NCBI GenBank assembly: GCA_018304465.1
Contig: JAGVWC010000008.1
Span: 108,096-172,095 of the forward strand
Origin: Candidatus Iainarchaeum sp.
GTDB taxonomy: Archaea > Iainarchaeota > Iainarchaeia > Iainarchaeales > JAGVWC01
Direction of reading: 5' to 3'
DNA: 64,000 nt
Below are positions 37,097 to 47,173 of the stretch, in pieces (position 1 is the first letter of the stretch; each line of letters begins with the position of its first letter). A program made the position numbers and the translations under genes. The notes beneath the pieces were generated by a model that was not told the origin of the DNA, made no database searches, and was given only the letters and a program-made list of their open reading frames with translations.

Positions 37097-38944
37097 ATGC
37101 AATACGCCCACCAAACCGGGGAAGACCTCTTAGAAAAAGTCCGCAACAGCCATTTTTCGTCGGAAATACCGCTGATTCGAAAAGCGCTTGAAAAAAACAA
37201 ACCTCTTCCCGAACACACCCGAACGCTTGCCATCGACACGGCAAGCACGTTGACCCAATTTGGATTCGGAAAAACGGCCGTCTGCGCGGCACTGCTTCAA
37301 TTCCACGATCTTGAAACCCTCAAAGGCGAATTCGAATCCGAAATACTGGAACTGGCCCACGGACTGCAAAAAATCGAGCGCGTGAAAGCCAAGAACCGGG
37401 GAAAACTATCCCCGGAATCACTGCAAAAAATCATTCTGGCCTTGTCACCGGATCCCCAAATCATCATCATCTGGATCTGCAAAAAACTCGTGGAACTGAG
37501 GTTTTTGTCCGAACAACCCAAAGACGAACAACTTCCGCTGGCCGAAGACGTGCTCAATCAATGGGTCCCCGTTATTCACAAACTCGGGCTGCACAAAATC
37601 CGGTGGGAAATCGAAGATCTGGCCATGAAAAAAATCCTGCCCAAAGAATACAAAGCCATCAAAGAATACCTCAACGACAAGCGAAACACGCGACAAGAAA
37701 AAATGCGCGAACTCGTCGAAAAACTCCGATCCGCGCTACAAAAAGCCCAACTTGAAGCTGTGGTATTCGGACGCGTCAAAAACTTTTACCGCATTTACAA
37801 AAAAATGAACGAACAAAAACGAAACCTGAAAGACATCCACGATTTGATCGGCGCGCGCGTCATCTGCAACAGCGTAAACGAGTGCTACGAAACACTTGCC
37901 GTGATCCAGAACTCCTTCAAACTCGAAACCCAAGGATTCGATGATTACATCCAAAAACCCAAAAAAACAAAGTACCAATCCATTCACGTCGACCTGGACT
38001 GGAAAGGAATACCATCCGAAATACAGATTCGAACCTGGGAGATGCACAAAGAAGCCGAAGAAGGCGTCGCCGCGCACTGGGAATACAAACAATACAAAAA
38101 AGACCCGACGTTTGACCGGCACTTAACGATTGCCAAACAACTGGCGGAATGGTTCGACCAAGTACACCACAAAAGCATCATGGACTCGCTGAACCTAAAA
38201 TTCGAAAAAAACAAAATCTTCGTTTTAACCCCAAAAAGCGAACTCGTGGAGCTGCCCGAAAAAGCCACCCCCGTCGATTTTGCGTTTGCCGTGCACACAG
38301 AACTCGGATACAAATGCGAAAAAGCCCGCGTGAACGGAAAAATCGTCCCGCTCGATTACCAACTCCAAAACGCGGACAGCGTCGAAATCATCACCAGCGA
38401 AAAGCAAATTCCAAAACAACACTGGTTAACGTTTGTTCAAACCGAAAAAGCGAAACAAAAAATCCGAACCAAACTGAACATCGTTCCGACAAAACCCGAA
38501 AAAGAAAAAAAAACCGGAATCGTAAAAGCGACGTTCCGGAAAAACGCGCAGTTCCTTCCCGCCAAATGCTGCTCGCCGATTCCGGGCGATGAAATCGTCG
38601 GGCACAAAACCACGAAACGAAAAATAAAAATCCACCGGATCGACTGCCCCAATGCCCAGCGGATACCCGAAGACGAGCGACTGACACTATCCAACGCATC
38701 GTTCACTCAAAAAGAATTCGAAACCACGCTGCGAATCAACGTGCACAACCAGCCGGGAGTACTCTCCGAAATACTGGACGCCATCGGCAAACACGATACC
38801 AAAATCATTTCCACCGAAGCCGTTACGCACGCGCACTCAATCACATGCCGATTCCGCATCAAAACAAAAAACAGGAAAACCTTCGAGCAAACCGCCGAAC
38901 GCGTACAGAAAATCAAAGGGATTATCGACGTACAACGCGGATGA
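37097..38944 (+). CDS. Long RelA/SpoT homolog (partly degenerate HD, synthetase, TGS, ACT)
   Basis: AALLQFHDLE HD remnant; synthetase DLIGARVICNS...YQSIHVDL...EIQIRTWEMHKEAEEGVAAHWEYK; TGS IFVLTPKSELVELPEKATPVDFAFAVHTELG; C-terminal ACT-like. Confidence 0.75.
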   Translation: MQYAHQTGEDLLEKVRNSHFSSEIPLIRKALEKNKPLPEHTRTLAIDTASTLTQFGFGKTAVCAALLQFHDLETLKGEFESEILELAHGLQKIERVKAKNRGKLSPESLQKIILALSPDPQIIIIWICKKLVELRFLSEQPKDEQLPLAEDVLNQWVPVIHKLGLHKIRWEIEDLAMKKILPKEYKAIKEYLNDKRNTRQEKMRELVEKLRSALQKAQLEAVVFGRVKNFYRIYKKMNEQKRNLKDIHDLIGARVICNSVNECYETLAVIQNSFKLETQGFDDYIQKPKKTKYQSIHVDLDWKGIPSEIQIRTWEMHKEAEEGVAAHWEYKQYKKDPTFDRHLTIAKQLAEWFDQVHHKSIMDSLNLKFEKNKIFVLTPKSELVELPEKATPVDFAFAVHTELGYKCEKARVNGKIVPLDYQLQNADSVEIITSEKQIPKQHWLTFVQTEKAKQKIRTKLNIVPTKPEKEKKTGIVKATFRKNAQFLPAKCCSPIPGDEIVGHKTTKRKIKIHRIDCPNAQRIPEDERLTLSNASFTQKEFETTLRINVHNQPGVLSEILDAIGKHDTKIISTEAVTHAHSITCRFRIKTKNRKTFEQTAERVQKIKGIIDVQRG

Positions 38945-39515
38945 CTCGCGGCGACGAAACCAATCGAAGAACCTCGTTGACGCTTTGTTCCACCGTCTGG
39001 TTCGAAGTGTCGATTTCGACGTCGCACAATTCCCGAAAATCCGAAACCATCGAATCGAAAAAACGCCGGTTCACGAGCAAACGTTTTTCGTCCCGAGTCA
39101 AATGAGAACGCATCTTGAGGCGTTTTTTAACGGTTTTGTAATCCGCATACAAATGAATCGAAAGCGTCGGTTTTTCGAGGGAAATGTTCTCCAGAATCCG
39201 CAAAACACCCGGCATTTTCCGCTCGTACGCATCCACGACCAAAGTCGGGAAAAACCGGTCGCAAATAATGTTTTTCTTTCCGCGTTTTTTCACGCGGGCG
39301 GACGTATCCACCACCGCTTCCAGATAAAAAACCAGGTTCAAAAACCCGTTGTCATCCCGAAGCGACATCGAACGACGCTGCTTCAATTCCGCGGACGGAG
39401 TAGACACATAAGACCAGCCTTTGAGCGCGGAAATCTTTCGCGCAACGGTTGTTTTTCCGACGCCATCGACGCCTTCCAAAACAAAAAAAGAGCTTTTGCG
39501 CATATACAAGTACAA
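38922..39515 (-). CDS. Thymidylate kinase-like P-loop nucleotide kinase (second Tmk-family gene in window)
   Basis: FFVLEGVDGVGKTTVARKI P-loop and CDRFFPTLVVDAYE DRY-like box. Confidence 0.55.
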   Translation of the reverse strand: MYLYMRKSSFFVLEGVDGVGKTTVARKISALKGWSYVSTPSAELKQRRSMSLRDDNGFLNLVFYLEAVVDTSARVKKRGKKNIICDRFFPTLVVDAYERKMPGVLRILENISLEKPTLSIHLYADYKTVKKRLKMRSHLTRDEKRLLVNRRFFDSMVSDFRELCDVEIDTSNQTVEQSVNEVLRLVSSPRVIRVVRR

Positions 39516-39547
39516 TCATATTCCAATAAAATCATTTCTGTTGGCCA

Positions 39548-40342
39548 ATGGAAAAGGTTAATAAAACAATAAACAATAAACCTACGATGATTCCGCTTGA
39601 AATAAAACGCATCAAAACAGGCATCACCGGTCTTGACGACTTGATGGAAGGCGGATTTCCGCAAGGACGCAGCGTACTCGTATCCGGCGCATGCGGAACC
39701 GGAAAAACCATTTTTTGCCTGCAGTTCCTATACAGCGGCGCCAGAAAATTCAACGAACCAGGAATTTACGTTACGCTGGATGAACGACCCGATCTGATCC
39801 GCGAAGACATGCTGCGCTTCGGATGGGATCTCCACGAACTCGAAGAAAAAAACCTTTTACAGATCATCGACGGAAGCATCGCCAAAATCGGAATTCCTTC
39901 CGAAGAAATCTTTTCCCTGCCCGTCACCGGATTTGATTTGGACAAACTCCTGCTTGAAATCATGCGGGTATCCAAGCGCATCAACGCCAAACGCGTCGTT
40001 ATCGACTCCATTCCGGCACTTGGATTCAACTATGAAAATGAAAACGAAATCCGAAAAGCGATTCTCAAACTATCCTACATGCTCACCCGCGCCGGCGTCA
40101 CAAGCCTCATGACCAGCGAAATCGACGAAGCAAGCAACCGGTTCGGGAAATACGGCGTCGAAGAATACGTCGTTGACGGCGTACTGGTGCTTCATTACAT
40201 GGGCGTCGGAACACAAGCCAACCGAACGCTTCACATCCGAAAAATGCGCGCGACCGCGCACAGCGAAGATCTTCACCCCATGGTTATCAGCAAAGAAGGC
40301 GTATCCGTTCACTCGATCGACGACGAATACAAACAAACCTGA
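39548..40342 (+). CDS. KaiC-like RecA-superfamily ATPase
   Basis: TGITGLDDLMEGGFPQGRSVLVSGACGTGKTIFCLQFL and later KaiC-domain features; 264 aa. Confidence 0.7.
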   Translation: MEKVNKTINNKPTMIPLEIKRIKTGITGLDDLMEGGFPQGRSVLVSGACGTGKTIFCLQFLYSGARKFNEPGIYVTLDERPDLIREDMLRFGWDLHELEEKNLLQIIDGSIAKIGIPSEEIFSLPVTGFDLDKLLLEIMRVSKRINAKRVVIDSIPALGFNYENENEIRKAILKLSYMLTRAGVTSLMTSEIDEASNRFGKYGVEEYVVDGVLVLHYMGVGTQANRTLHIRKMRATAHSEDLHPMVISKEGVSVHSIDDEYKQT

Positions 40343-40564
40343 TTTTCGATTAATGAAAAAAAACCAACTGCCGCGCACCCAAAAATTCGACGTCATCGTA
40401 CGCGGCGAAGACCTGATTACACGCCTTAATCGCGGAGGATACTCGGTAAAAACCCAGTCTTACGGAGACTACCGAATGCTACCGACCGCCAAAAACAACG
40501 CATAAACCCTTAGTTGAGAGGCTGGGATTTAAAATCGTTCTTGCGCCCAATTTTAACGGTAAAA

Positions 40565-42058
40565 ATGCCCGAAAAAAACGATTTGGTTGAAAGCAAACTA
40601 GGTCATTTGAAAACGCTGCGGGAAAACGGAATCAACCCCTATCCGTATCACTTCGAAGCTAACGCCACGTCTCAACAGCTTCACCAGAAATACGAATCCT
40701 TGGCCGCAGCCGAAGAAACCCAAGAAACCACTTGCATCAGCGGCAGAATCAAAATCATCCGAAGCTTCGGAAAACTCGTTTTTCTTGACGTATGGGACCA
40801 CACCGGAAAAATACAAGTACAAGCCAAAGAAGACGAAACCGACAAAGAAAGCCTTTTTATCGTTGAAAACCTTGATCCCGGCGACTGGATCGGAATCGAA
40901 GGACGCATCATCAAAACCAAACGCGGAGAACTCACGGTGCTCGCCAAAAAATTCACGGTCTTATCCAAAAGCATCCAGCCGCTTCCCGAAAAATGGCACG
41001 GCCTCACCGACACCGAAACGCGCTATCGACAACGACACCTCGACCTGATCATGAACCCCGAAGTCAAACGCGTATTCGAAAAACGCAGCCAAATCATCAA
41101 AACCGTCCGCGAATACCTGGACCAACATGGATTCGTCGAAGTCGAAATCCCGTCGCTCCAACCGGTTTACGGAGGCGCGAACGCCAAACCATTCAAAACG
41201 CTTTCCAACGCCCTCAAACAAGAGTTATACCTCTCGATCTCGCCGGAACTCTACCTCAAACGCCTCATCGTCGGGGGATTCGACAAAGTGTATTTTTTGG
41301 GCAAGAGTTTTCGCAACGAAGACATCGACAAAACCCATAACCCCGAATTCACGATCATGGAATGTTACGCGGCCAATTGGGATTACAACGACATGATGAA
41401 ATTGTTCGAGGACATGTACAATTACGTGGCCAAAAAAGTGACGGGAACCACCCAAATCGAATACGACGGAACCATCGTCGATCTCAAAGCACCTTGGCGA
41501 CGACTTCCCGTGAAACAAGGCCTCAAAGAATACGCCAACATCGACGTTGACAAACTCAAAGACGCGGAACTGATCAAACTCGTCAAACACCATGCACCCG
41601 ATTACGACGGTCCCCAAATCAGAGGACTACTCATCGCCGAATTATTCGAAGCCCTCGTCGAAGAAAAACTTGGAAAACAACCCGTGTTCATCACGGACTA
41701 CCCTGCCGAAACTACGCCGCTATGCAAAGCCCATCGCGACAATCCCGAACTGATCGAACGATTCGAACCGCTTGTCAACGGATGGGAAGCGGGCAACGCA
41801 TACAGCGAACTCAACGACCCCGTGCTCCAGCGAAAACTGCTTGAACAACAAGCCTCGGAAGGACGCGCCGGCGGAACCGCCGAACCCGTCGACGAAGACT
41901 TCATCAACGCCATCGAATACGGAATGCCCCCAACCGGCGGACTCGGCGTCGGAATCGACCGCATGGTCATGCTGTTGACCGGACAATCCACCATCAAAGA
42001 CGTCGTGCTCTGGCCGCTGATGAAAAACAAGGAAGAAAAAAAGCCAGAAACGAAATAA
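40565..42058 (+). CDS. lysS: Lysyl-tRNA synthetase, class II
   Basis: Anticodon-binding OB (KLVFLDVWDHTGKIQV), motif 2 FRNEDIDKTHNPEFTIMECY, motif 3 GGLGVGIDRMVMLLTG. Confidence 0.8.
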   Translation: MPEKNDLVESKLGHLKTLRENGINPYPYHFEANATSQQLHQKYESLAAAEETQETTCISGRIKIIRSFGKLVFLDVWDHTGKIQVQAKEDETDKESLFIVENLDPGDWIGIEGRIIKTKRGELTVLAKKFTVLSKSIQPLPEKWHGLTDTETRYRQRHLDLIMNPEVKRVFEKRSQIIKTVREYLDQHGFVEVEIPSLQPVYGGANAKPFKTLSNALKQELYLSISPELYLKRLIVGGFDKVYFLGKSFRNEDIDKTHNPEFTIMECYAANWDYNDMMKLFEDMYNYVAKKVTGTTQIEYDGTIVDLKAPWRRLPVKQGLKEYANIDVDKLKDAELIKLVKHHAPDYDGPQIRGLLIAELFEALVEEKLGKQPVFITDYPAETTPLCKAHRDNPELIERFEPLVNGWEAGNAYSELNDPVLQRKLLEQQASEGRAGGTAEPVDEDFINAIEYGMPPTGGLGVGIDRMVMLLTGQSTIKDVVLWPLMKNKEEKKPETK

Positions 42059-42073
42059 CGGACAAAACGACCG

Positions 42074-42814
42074 CTAGTTCTTTGCAATCGTCCACAAAAA
42101 ATGAAAATACTGCGTAAACGAATCCGCCACCGCCTGGCTTTCGATCAAAATCGCGAACGGGTCCTCGTTCAACAGCAAAATCACGGTGACGTTACCCGAA
42201 ACATCCACCATCATCGGATTGCGGTACGCATCCGGCAAAAACCGAATCTCGCAGTTTTTCTTAAACCCGATGTCTTTTCTTCCCCGCGCAAACTCGTAAT
42301 AAATCATTTTTACGGGAATGTCATGCGATTCAACATGCTGTCGGATCCATTTGAAATCAGACCCCATGACTTCCCGCGTGCGACCCGAACTGCCCAACCC
42401 GAAAACCGGCAGGTTTAACGAAAACAATTTGTCCATCGCGGCTTTCACCCCGCGGCGACCCTTGAAAAAAAACACGCCTTGGTTTTGTTTCAGGTTCGAA
42501 AACAATTCGCTCAATTCCGGATACGCCTGCTGCAAGCGACGCTTTGAAAGCAGCAAGTCGGATTCGCGCCGGTCCATAATGTCGATTAATTCTTTTGGAG
42601 ACGCCGCTTCGAACACTTTCGTTTTCGCGCGTACTACGGAGCCCACTAAGCCTTTTTCCGAAAGACGGCCCAGCACGTCGTACACCAACACACGATGCAA
42701 ACCCGAATCCGACACGATCCGGCTTGCCTCCGAGGGCCCAAGCTTAAGCAGGGAAAAATATACCTTGGCCTCGTTTCGGGTCAAACCACAGGATTCCAAA
42801 ACCGCCAAATCCAT
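42074..42814 (-). CDS. TrmB-family transcriptional regulator
   Basis: N-terminal wHTH LTRNEAKVYFSLLKLGPSEASRIVSDSGLHRVLVYDVLGRLSEKGLV. Confidence 0.7.
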   Translation of the reverse strand: MDLAVLESCGLTRNEAKVYFSLLKLGPSEASRIVSDSGLHRVLVYDVLGRLSEKGLVGSVVRAKTKVFEAASPKELIDIMDRRESDLLLSKRRLQQAYPELSELFSNLKQNQGVFFFKGRRGVKAAMDKLFSLNLPVFGLGSSGRTREVMGSDFKWIRQHVESHDIPVKMIYYEFARGRKDIGFKKNCEIRFLPDAYRNPMMVDVSGNVTVILLLNEDPFAILIESQAVADSFTQYFHFLWTIAKN

Positions 42815-42886
42815 ATCAATCCGTAGTTAGGTAGGTTACTACAATAATATAAATATTGCATTTGAGAAGAATCTGTATAGACCCAT

Positions 42887-44455
42887 ATGAAATACACGAA
42901 AAACCTGTTTGAACAACACCCATCCCAATTGCTCAAAGAACCTTGGTATCACCAGCGATTCGACGGATGCCCGCTGCTCATCAGCTATATCGGAGAAGCC
43001 CAAGCCAGAAAAGAAACGCGTAAACGGGATAACCATTTCACGCTCCAGTTATCGTTTTTCGAAAACGAACGAACCGACTGGTACATGTACCAACCCGACA
43101 TCGATCGCGTCACAGGAAACTTTATCCGCTTAACCACCGAAAAACCGGATGACTGCACTCGCATCCTTTCCGACTGGCAAGAAGACGAAATTCGGTTCTA
43201 CGACAAATGCATCGAACTCAAAAAAACCGATTTGACCCAACGAACGGATCAGCAACTCAAACACTTTTTTCTGGACCTAAACGAAATTTACCTGAACCGG
43301 CTCACCTCCAGTTCCCTCATCGACGGATTCGCCTTGGGAAGCGACAGAATCGTCGCCGAAATGATCCAAAAAAAAGTCGGAGAACAAAAACTCGGCGGAT
43401 CATTCACCGAATACTTCTCCGCGCTCACGGCCCCCGTTCACTTGTCATTTATCAACGATGTCGAAATCGAAATACTGCAAGTCGCCCAAAAAGTCCAGAA
43501 AAAACCCGGTTTGAAAAGAGCTTTCCTGCGAGAAGACCCCGACGAAATCTCCCGTGAACTCAAAAAAAACCCTTCCATTCAACACGCGATTCAAAGCCTG
43601 CAGGACAAATTTTTCTGGAGCAAAAACAATTACGTCCACGACAACCGCCTCGATACCGCCCATTTTATCCGAGAAATCCAGGAAATCCTACGCCAACACA
43701 CCGACATTTTGGGTCACATCGAAAAAATCAAAAATACGCCGATTCAAAACCGAAAAGAAAAAGAAAAACTATTCAAAAAACTCGAAATTGACGGAACCCT
43801 CAAAGCCCTCATCAGACTAAACGAAGATTTCACGTACTGGCAAGACGAACGAAAAAAAGCAACGTACTGGGGCACGCACTACCTCGGCGTTCTGCTCGAA
43901 GAAATCGGAAAACGCACGGGCTACACCGTGGACGAAATCAAATATTTCACGCCAAGCGAAGTTCATCACGTATTCGAAAAAAAAGACTGGCACGCCGAAC
44001 TTGCCGCCCGAAAAAAAGGCTGTGTCATCCACTGGGACGAAACCCGATTCGAAGTACTGAGCGGGGCAAAATACCAGAAATTCAAAAAAGATTTCCGGGG
44101 ACATACAGATTACGCCCACCTGACCGAACTCAAAGGACTCACCGCCTGCCTTGGAAAAGTCCAAGGAACCGTCAAACGCGTGCTCAGCGCAACCGAAGTT
44201 GGAAAAGTCGAAAAAGGAGACATTCTTGTCGCCGTCATGACAAGACCGGACTACATTGTGGCCATGAAAAAAGCCGCCGCCATTGTCACCAACGAAGGCG
44301 GCATCACCAGCCACGCCGCGATCGTCAGCCGGGAACTCAAAATCCCCTGCGTCATCGGCACCAAAATCGCGACGAACGCCCTACACGACGGAGACCTCAT
44401 CGAAGTAGATGCCGACAACGGGATTATTCGAATACTCAAACGCGCGTCACAATGA
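42887..44455 (+). CDS. PEP-utilising-enzyme mobile (phosphohistidine) domain protein with uncharacterised N-terminal domain
   Basis: C-terminal GGITSHAAIVSRELKIPCVIG swivel-domain motif; N-terminal 400 aa not assigned. Confidence 0.55.
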   Translation: MKYTKNLFEQHPSQLLKEPWYHQRFDGCPLLISYIGEAQARKETRKRDNHFTLQLSFFENERTDWYMYQPDIDRVTGNFIRLTTEKPDDCTRILSDWQEDEIRFYDKCIELKKTDLTQRTDQQLKHFFLDLNEIYLNRLTSSSLIDGFALGSDRIVAEMIQKKVGEQKLGGSFTEYFSALTAPVHLSFINDVEIEILQVAQKVQKKPGLKRAFLREDPDEISRELKKNPSIQHAIQSLQDKFFWSKNNYVHDNRLDTAHFIREIQEILRQHTDILGHIEKIKNTPIQNRKEKEKLFKKLEIDGTLKALIRLNEDFTYWQDERKKATYWGTHYLGVLLEEIGKRTGYTVDEIKYFTPSEVHHVFEKKDWHAELAARKKGCVIHWDETRFEVLSGAKYQKFKKDFRGHTDYAHLTELKGLTACLGKVQGTVKRVLSATEVGKVEKGDILVAVMTRPDYIVAMKKAAAIVTNEGGITSHAAIVSRELKIPCVIGTKIATNALHDGDLIEVDADNGIIRILKRASQ

Positions 44456-44920
44456 AAACGACCCCAGACGCGGCTTTACCAACTCCACTAAATCCCCACT
44501 TTTCATTTCCACGGAACGCGTATGCAACCCAACGGAAAAATCCACCCGGTTGTTTTCAAGGATTTTTCGGTCAAAAAACGTCGGCAGATTCGAAAACAAA
44601 CCCGAAAACGGGGAAACCGACCCCACTTCACAACCCGTGATCCGGAGCACGTCTTCTTTGGATGCCAAAAACAACCGATCCGCGTTCGCCAAATCCGCGG
44701 CTTTCTTCAAATCAACTTTCCGGTCCGCTGGCAGACAAAACAAAAAAAAATTACCCGCGTTTGAACGCGTCACGATCGCCTTGACGCCGCGGTGAAGCCC
44801 CACTTTTCGCAAACCCGCGGCTTCTTGTGACGTAAACACGGGCGCGTGTTCCATCAACTCAAACGGCTTTCCGGAGTCCAACAGCAACAATCGGATTTCT
44901 TCAAATTGTTTTTCGCCCAA
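44447..44920 (-). CDS. YbaK/ProX-type aminoacyl-tRNA deacylase
   Basis: ITGCEVGSVSPFSGLF motif, 157 aa. Confidence 0.65.
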   Translation of the reverse strand: MGEKQFEEIRLLLLDSGKPFELMEHAPVFTSQEAAGLRKVGLHRGVKAIVTRSNAGNFFLFCLPADRKVDLKKAADLANADRLFLASKEDVLRITGCEVGSVSPFSGLFSNLPTFFDRKILENNRVDFSVGLHTRSVEMKSGDLVELVKPRLGSFSL

Positions 44921-44932
44921 ACGCGATCACCA

Positions 44933-45745
44933 TTACGGAGCGGAAGAACCGATCACCGCCAAATACGCCGACGGATTCACGACCGTGGTATACGTGACAA
45001 TAACGGCCAAAAAAAACCGAACGCCCCAAAACAACAACAATAGCGCCGGGTTTCCCACCAAAAACGCAAGCCCAAAATTAAGCAACGAAACCAAAAACGA
45101 CAACAACGCCGCGGGCGAAAACGACACCCAATTCTTTCTCGACAACGCAAATGAACGCGAAAGCGACTGCCAATACGAACCTTTCTCCAACACCGACACG
45201 CTCAACAACGGATACGTAAACACGTAAATCACCAACAACGCGATCAAGGAACCCACCAGCGTCACGCCAAACAACGCGGGAGACACCAACAACACCAACG
45301 TCGAAATAATCGCCAAAATAATGGAAACCACCAAATCAAACCCCGCAAGCAACGGCACCGACACCCAAAACCGCTTGGCCGAAGCCTGAATCGCTAACCG
45401 AAACGACACGCGCTTGGACAAATGAAACTGCGACACCAACGCCGGATACCAACTCGAAATCCACACATCCAATAACAACACGAAAATCGAACCCAACGAC
45501 AACAACAAAACCGGGCCCAGCAAGGCCAACGCTTCCGCTTGCGACAACGGATCCACCCCAAACGCGGACGGCGCCAACGCCACCGACAAACGCGCGGACT
45601 CCAGCATGACAAAACCATACAACAACGCGACCAAAAGCTTCGGAACCAACAGCTTCGGATGGCGCACCACCAGAGAAAACGCGTCGGAAAAAAACGACCA
45701 GGACACCATCAACGATTCCCCGGTTTGTACAGCTTCGAATCCCAA
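44933..45745 (-). CDS. Hypothetical polytopic membrane protein
   Basis: 270 aa, 6-7 hydrophobic helices. Confidence 0.45.
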   Translation of the reverse strand: MGFEAVQTGESLMVSWSFFSDAFSLVVRHPKLLVPKLLVALLYGFVMLESARLSVALAPSAFGVDPLSQAEALALLGPVLLLSLGSIFVLLLDVWISSWYPALVSQFHLSKRVSFRLAIQASAKRFWVSVPLLAGFDLVVSIILAIISTLVLLVSPALFGVTLVGSLIALLVIYVFTYPLLSVSVLEKGSYWQSLSRSFALSRKNWVSFSPAALLSFLVSLLNFGLAFLVGNPALLLLFWGVRFFLAVIVTYTTVVNPSAYLAVIGSSAP

Positions 45746-45987
45746 AGCGCCTTAAAGAAAGGCAACGTCAACGTGGACAACATAAATCCAACCGCTGGAA
45801 CAATCGCGTTTAACCACGGATTCGGAACCGAAATCACGGACAAATAAATACCGATCGCAAGATACGTAAACAACATCAACAACAATCGACGCAACCAACT
45901 CGTTTCCCAGGCTTTGTCCAACTCCACCCGGGCATTACGCGCCTTGATTTCTTCCACGTCCCGAAAAAGAGAATCAATATCCGCCAT
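45709..45987 (-). CDS. Small membrane protein
   Basis: 92 aa, two TM helices; overlaps start of the downstream membrane protein. Confidence 0.35.
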   Translation of the reverse strand: MADIDSLFRDVEEIKARNARVELDKAWETSWLRRLLLMLFTYLAIGIYLSVISVPNPWLNAIVPAVGFMLSTLTLPFFKALWDSKLYKPGNR

Positions 45988-46082
45988 ATATCAAAGCACA
46001 ACCACCAAAAACGATTTAAAGGAAAATAATCCAAAACAGACGCTAAGCCGGCCGACAACCCACACAAGTATAAAAAAAAGAA

Positions 46083-46200
46083 TGAGGCTGGGGAGATTTG
46101 AACTCCCGACACATCGGTCTTCAGCCGATTGCTCTCCTGAGTCTGCAACGAAAAACTGTATAACAGATTTCTCAATTACAACGGACTGAGCTACAGCCTC
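46083..46200 (-). tRNA. tRNA-Phe (GAA) with about 45-nt intron in the D-loop
   Basis: Reverse strand: GAGGCTG TA GCTC AGT[..45 nt..]CAGGA GAGC A ATCGG CTGAAGA CCGAT GTGTC GGGAG TTCAAAT CTCCC CAGCCTC A. All arms present except the D-loop is interrupted. Confidence 0.55.
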
Positions 46201-46232
46201 TCAATAAGTAAAGAAATTGCGTTAAAAAGGTT

Positions 46233-47015
46233 TTAAAAGCGTTGAGTCCTAAGACTCAGTTTTTCCGCAGTTTTGGCTAAACGCCACTGTTTGACAGGGT
46301 GCAAAAATAAGTGATTTTCCGCCAAAAAAACAATATCAGAAAAACGTTCCACTTGAATATACGCCGAAACGTTATTTGGATCCAAATAAGGACCGTTCAT
46401 TTTCAGTCCGAAAGCCGATTCGAAAAGACTTTTCACTTCACGAATAAACGGGATACATTTCATTCGAATTTTGACGCGAGGGGCAGATTTAAATCCACCT
46501 TCTACGGCACGTGTGTCTCCCTCCGCGTCAAATAAACCCCGCAAAAACCACCGTTGTAATTCCACTGGAGCGTTCCAGACCACAGCAGGGGCATGTAATG
46601 AATTCGTCTTTGAACCGCACGGAAGTTCAAAAAGAACAGTCAAAAATAAATACACCCGCTTACTTGTCGGGTTGATGTACAGCGTTCGTTCCCCTTTACT
46701 TAAACGCTCATAGCGAATAGGGGGACAATCGCCAAACAAATCAGAATACAACGATTGAATAAACATCATCTGAGACTCAAATTCGTCCGCGATGATCATC
46801 TTGTACTCCCGACGGCGGGAAACCAAATATGAACGCTCGACATTCTTTAATCCACCGTCACCGAAGAAATAACCAGCAAAATACGCGAGTTTTGGCGAAA
46901 GCTCCGTTGGGCAGTTTGCAAATTCATGACTTGGTAAAGAATCAATCGGACTTGCGGGACAGAAAGGATCAACCAATTCGGATTCCGAAATAAAGCCATA
47001 AGCTGTTCGAAGCAT
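46233..47015 (-). CDS. Free-standing LAGLIDADG homing endonuclease
   Basis: Two dodecapeptide motifs LAYFAGYFFGDGG and LRGLFDAEGD; no intein splice boxes at the termini. Confidence 0.75.
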   Translation of the reverse strand: MLRTAYGFISESELVDPFCPASPIDSLPSHEFANCPTELSPKLAYFAGYFFGDGGLKNVERSYLVSRRREYKMIIADEFESQMMFIQSLYSDLFGDCPPIRYERLSKGERTLYINPTSKRVYLFLTVLFELPCGSKTNSLHAPAVVWNAPVELQRWFLRGLFDAEGDTRAVEGGFKSAPRVKIRMKCIPFIREVKSLFESAFGLKMNGPYLDPNNVSAYIQVERFSDIVFLAENHLFLHPVKQWRLAKTAEKLSLRTQRF

Positions 47016-47082
47016 TTAGAAAAAAGCGAGAACAAAAAGAATAACCTTTCGAGGCGCCTGATTGCCGGTGAAAAAAAGAATG

Positions 47083-47168
47083 CGGGCTCAGTGGGGATCG
47101 AACCCACGATCACTCGGTTGCTCCAAGAACCTAAGAGCCGAGTGCTTTACCGGCTAAGCTATGAGCCC
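47083..47168 (-). tRNA. tRNA-Lys (CTT) with 13-nt anticodon-loop intron
   Basis: GGGCTCA TA GCTT AGCCGGTA AAGC A CTCGG CTCTTA[GGTTCTTGGAGCA]A CCGAG TGATC GTGGG TTCGATC CCCAC TGAGCCC G; anticodon assignment depends on exact intron boundaries. Confidence 0.55.
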
Positions 47169-47173
47169 AAATG

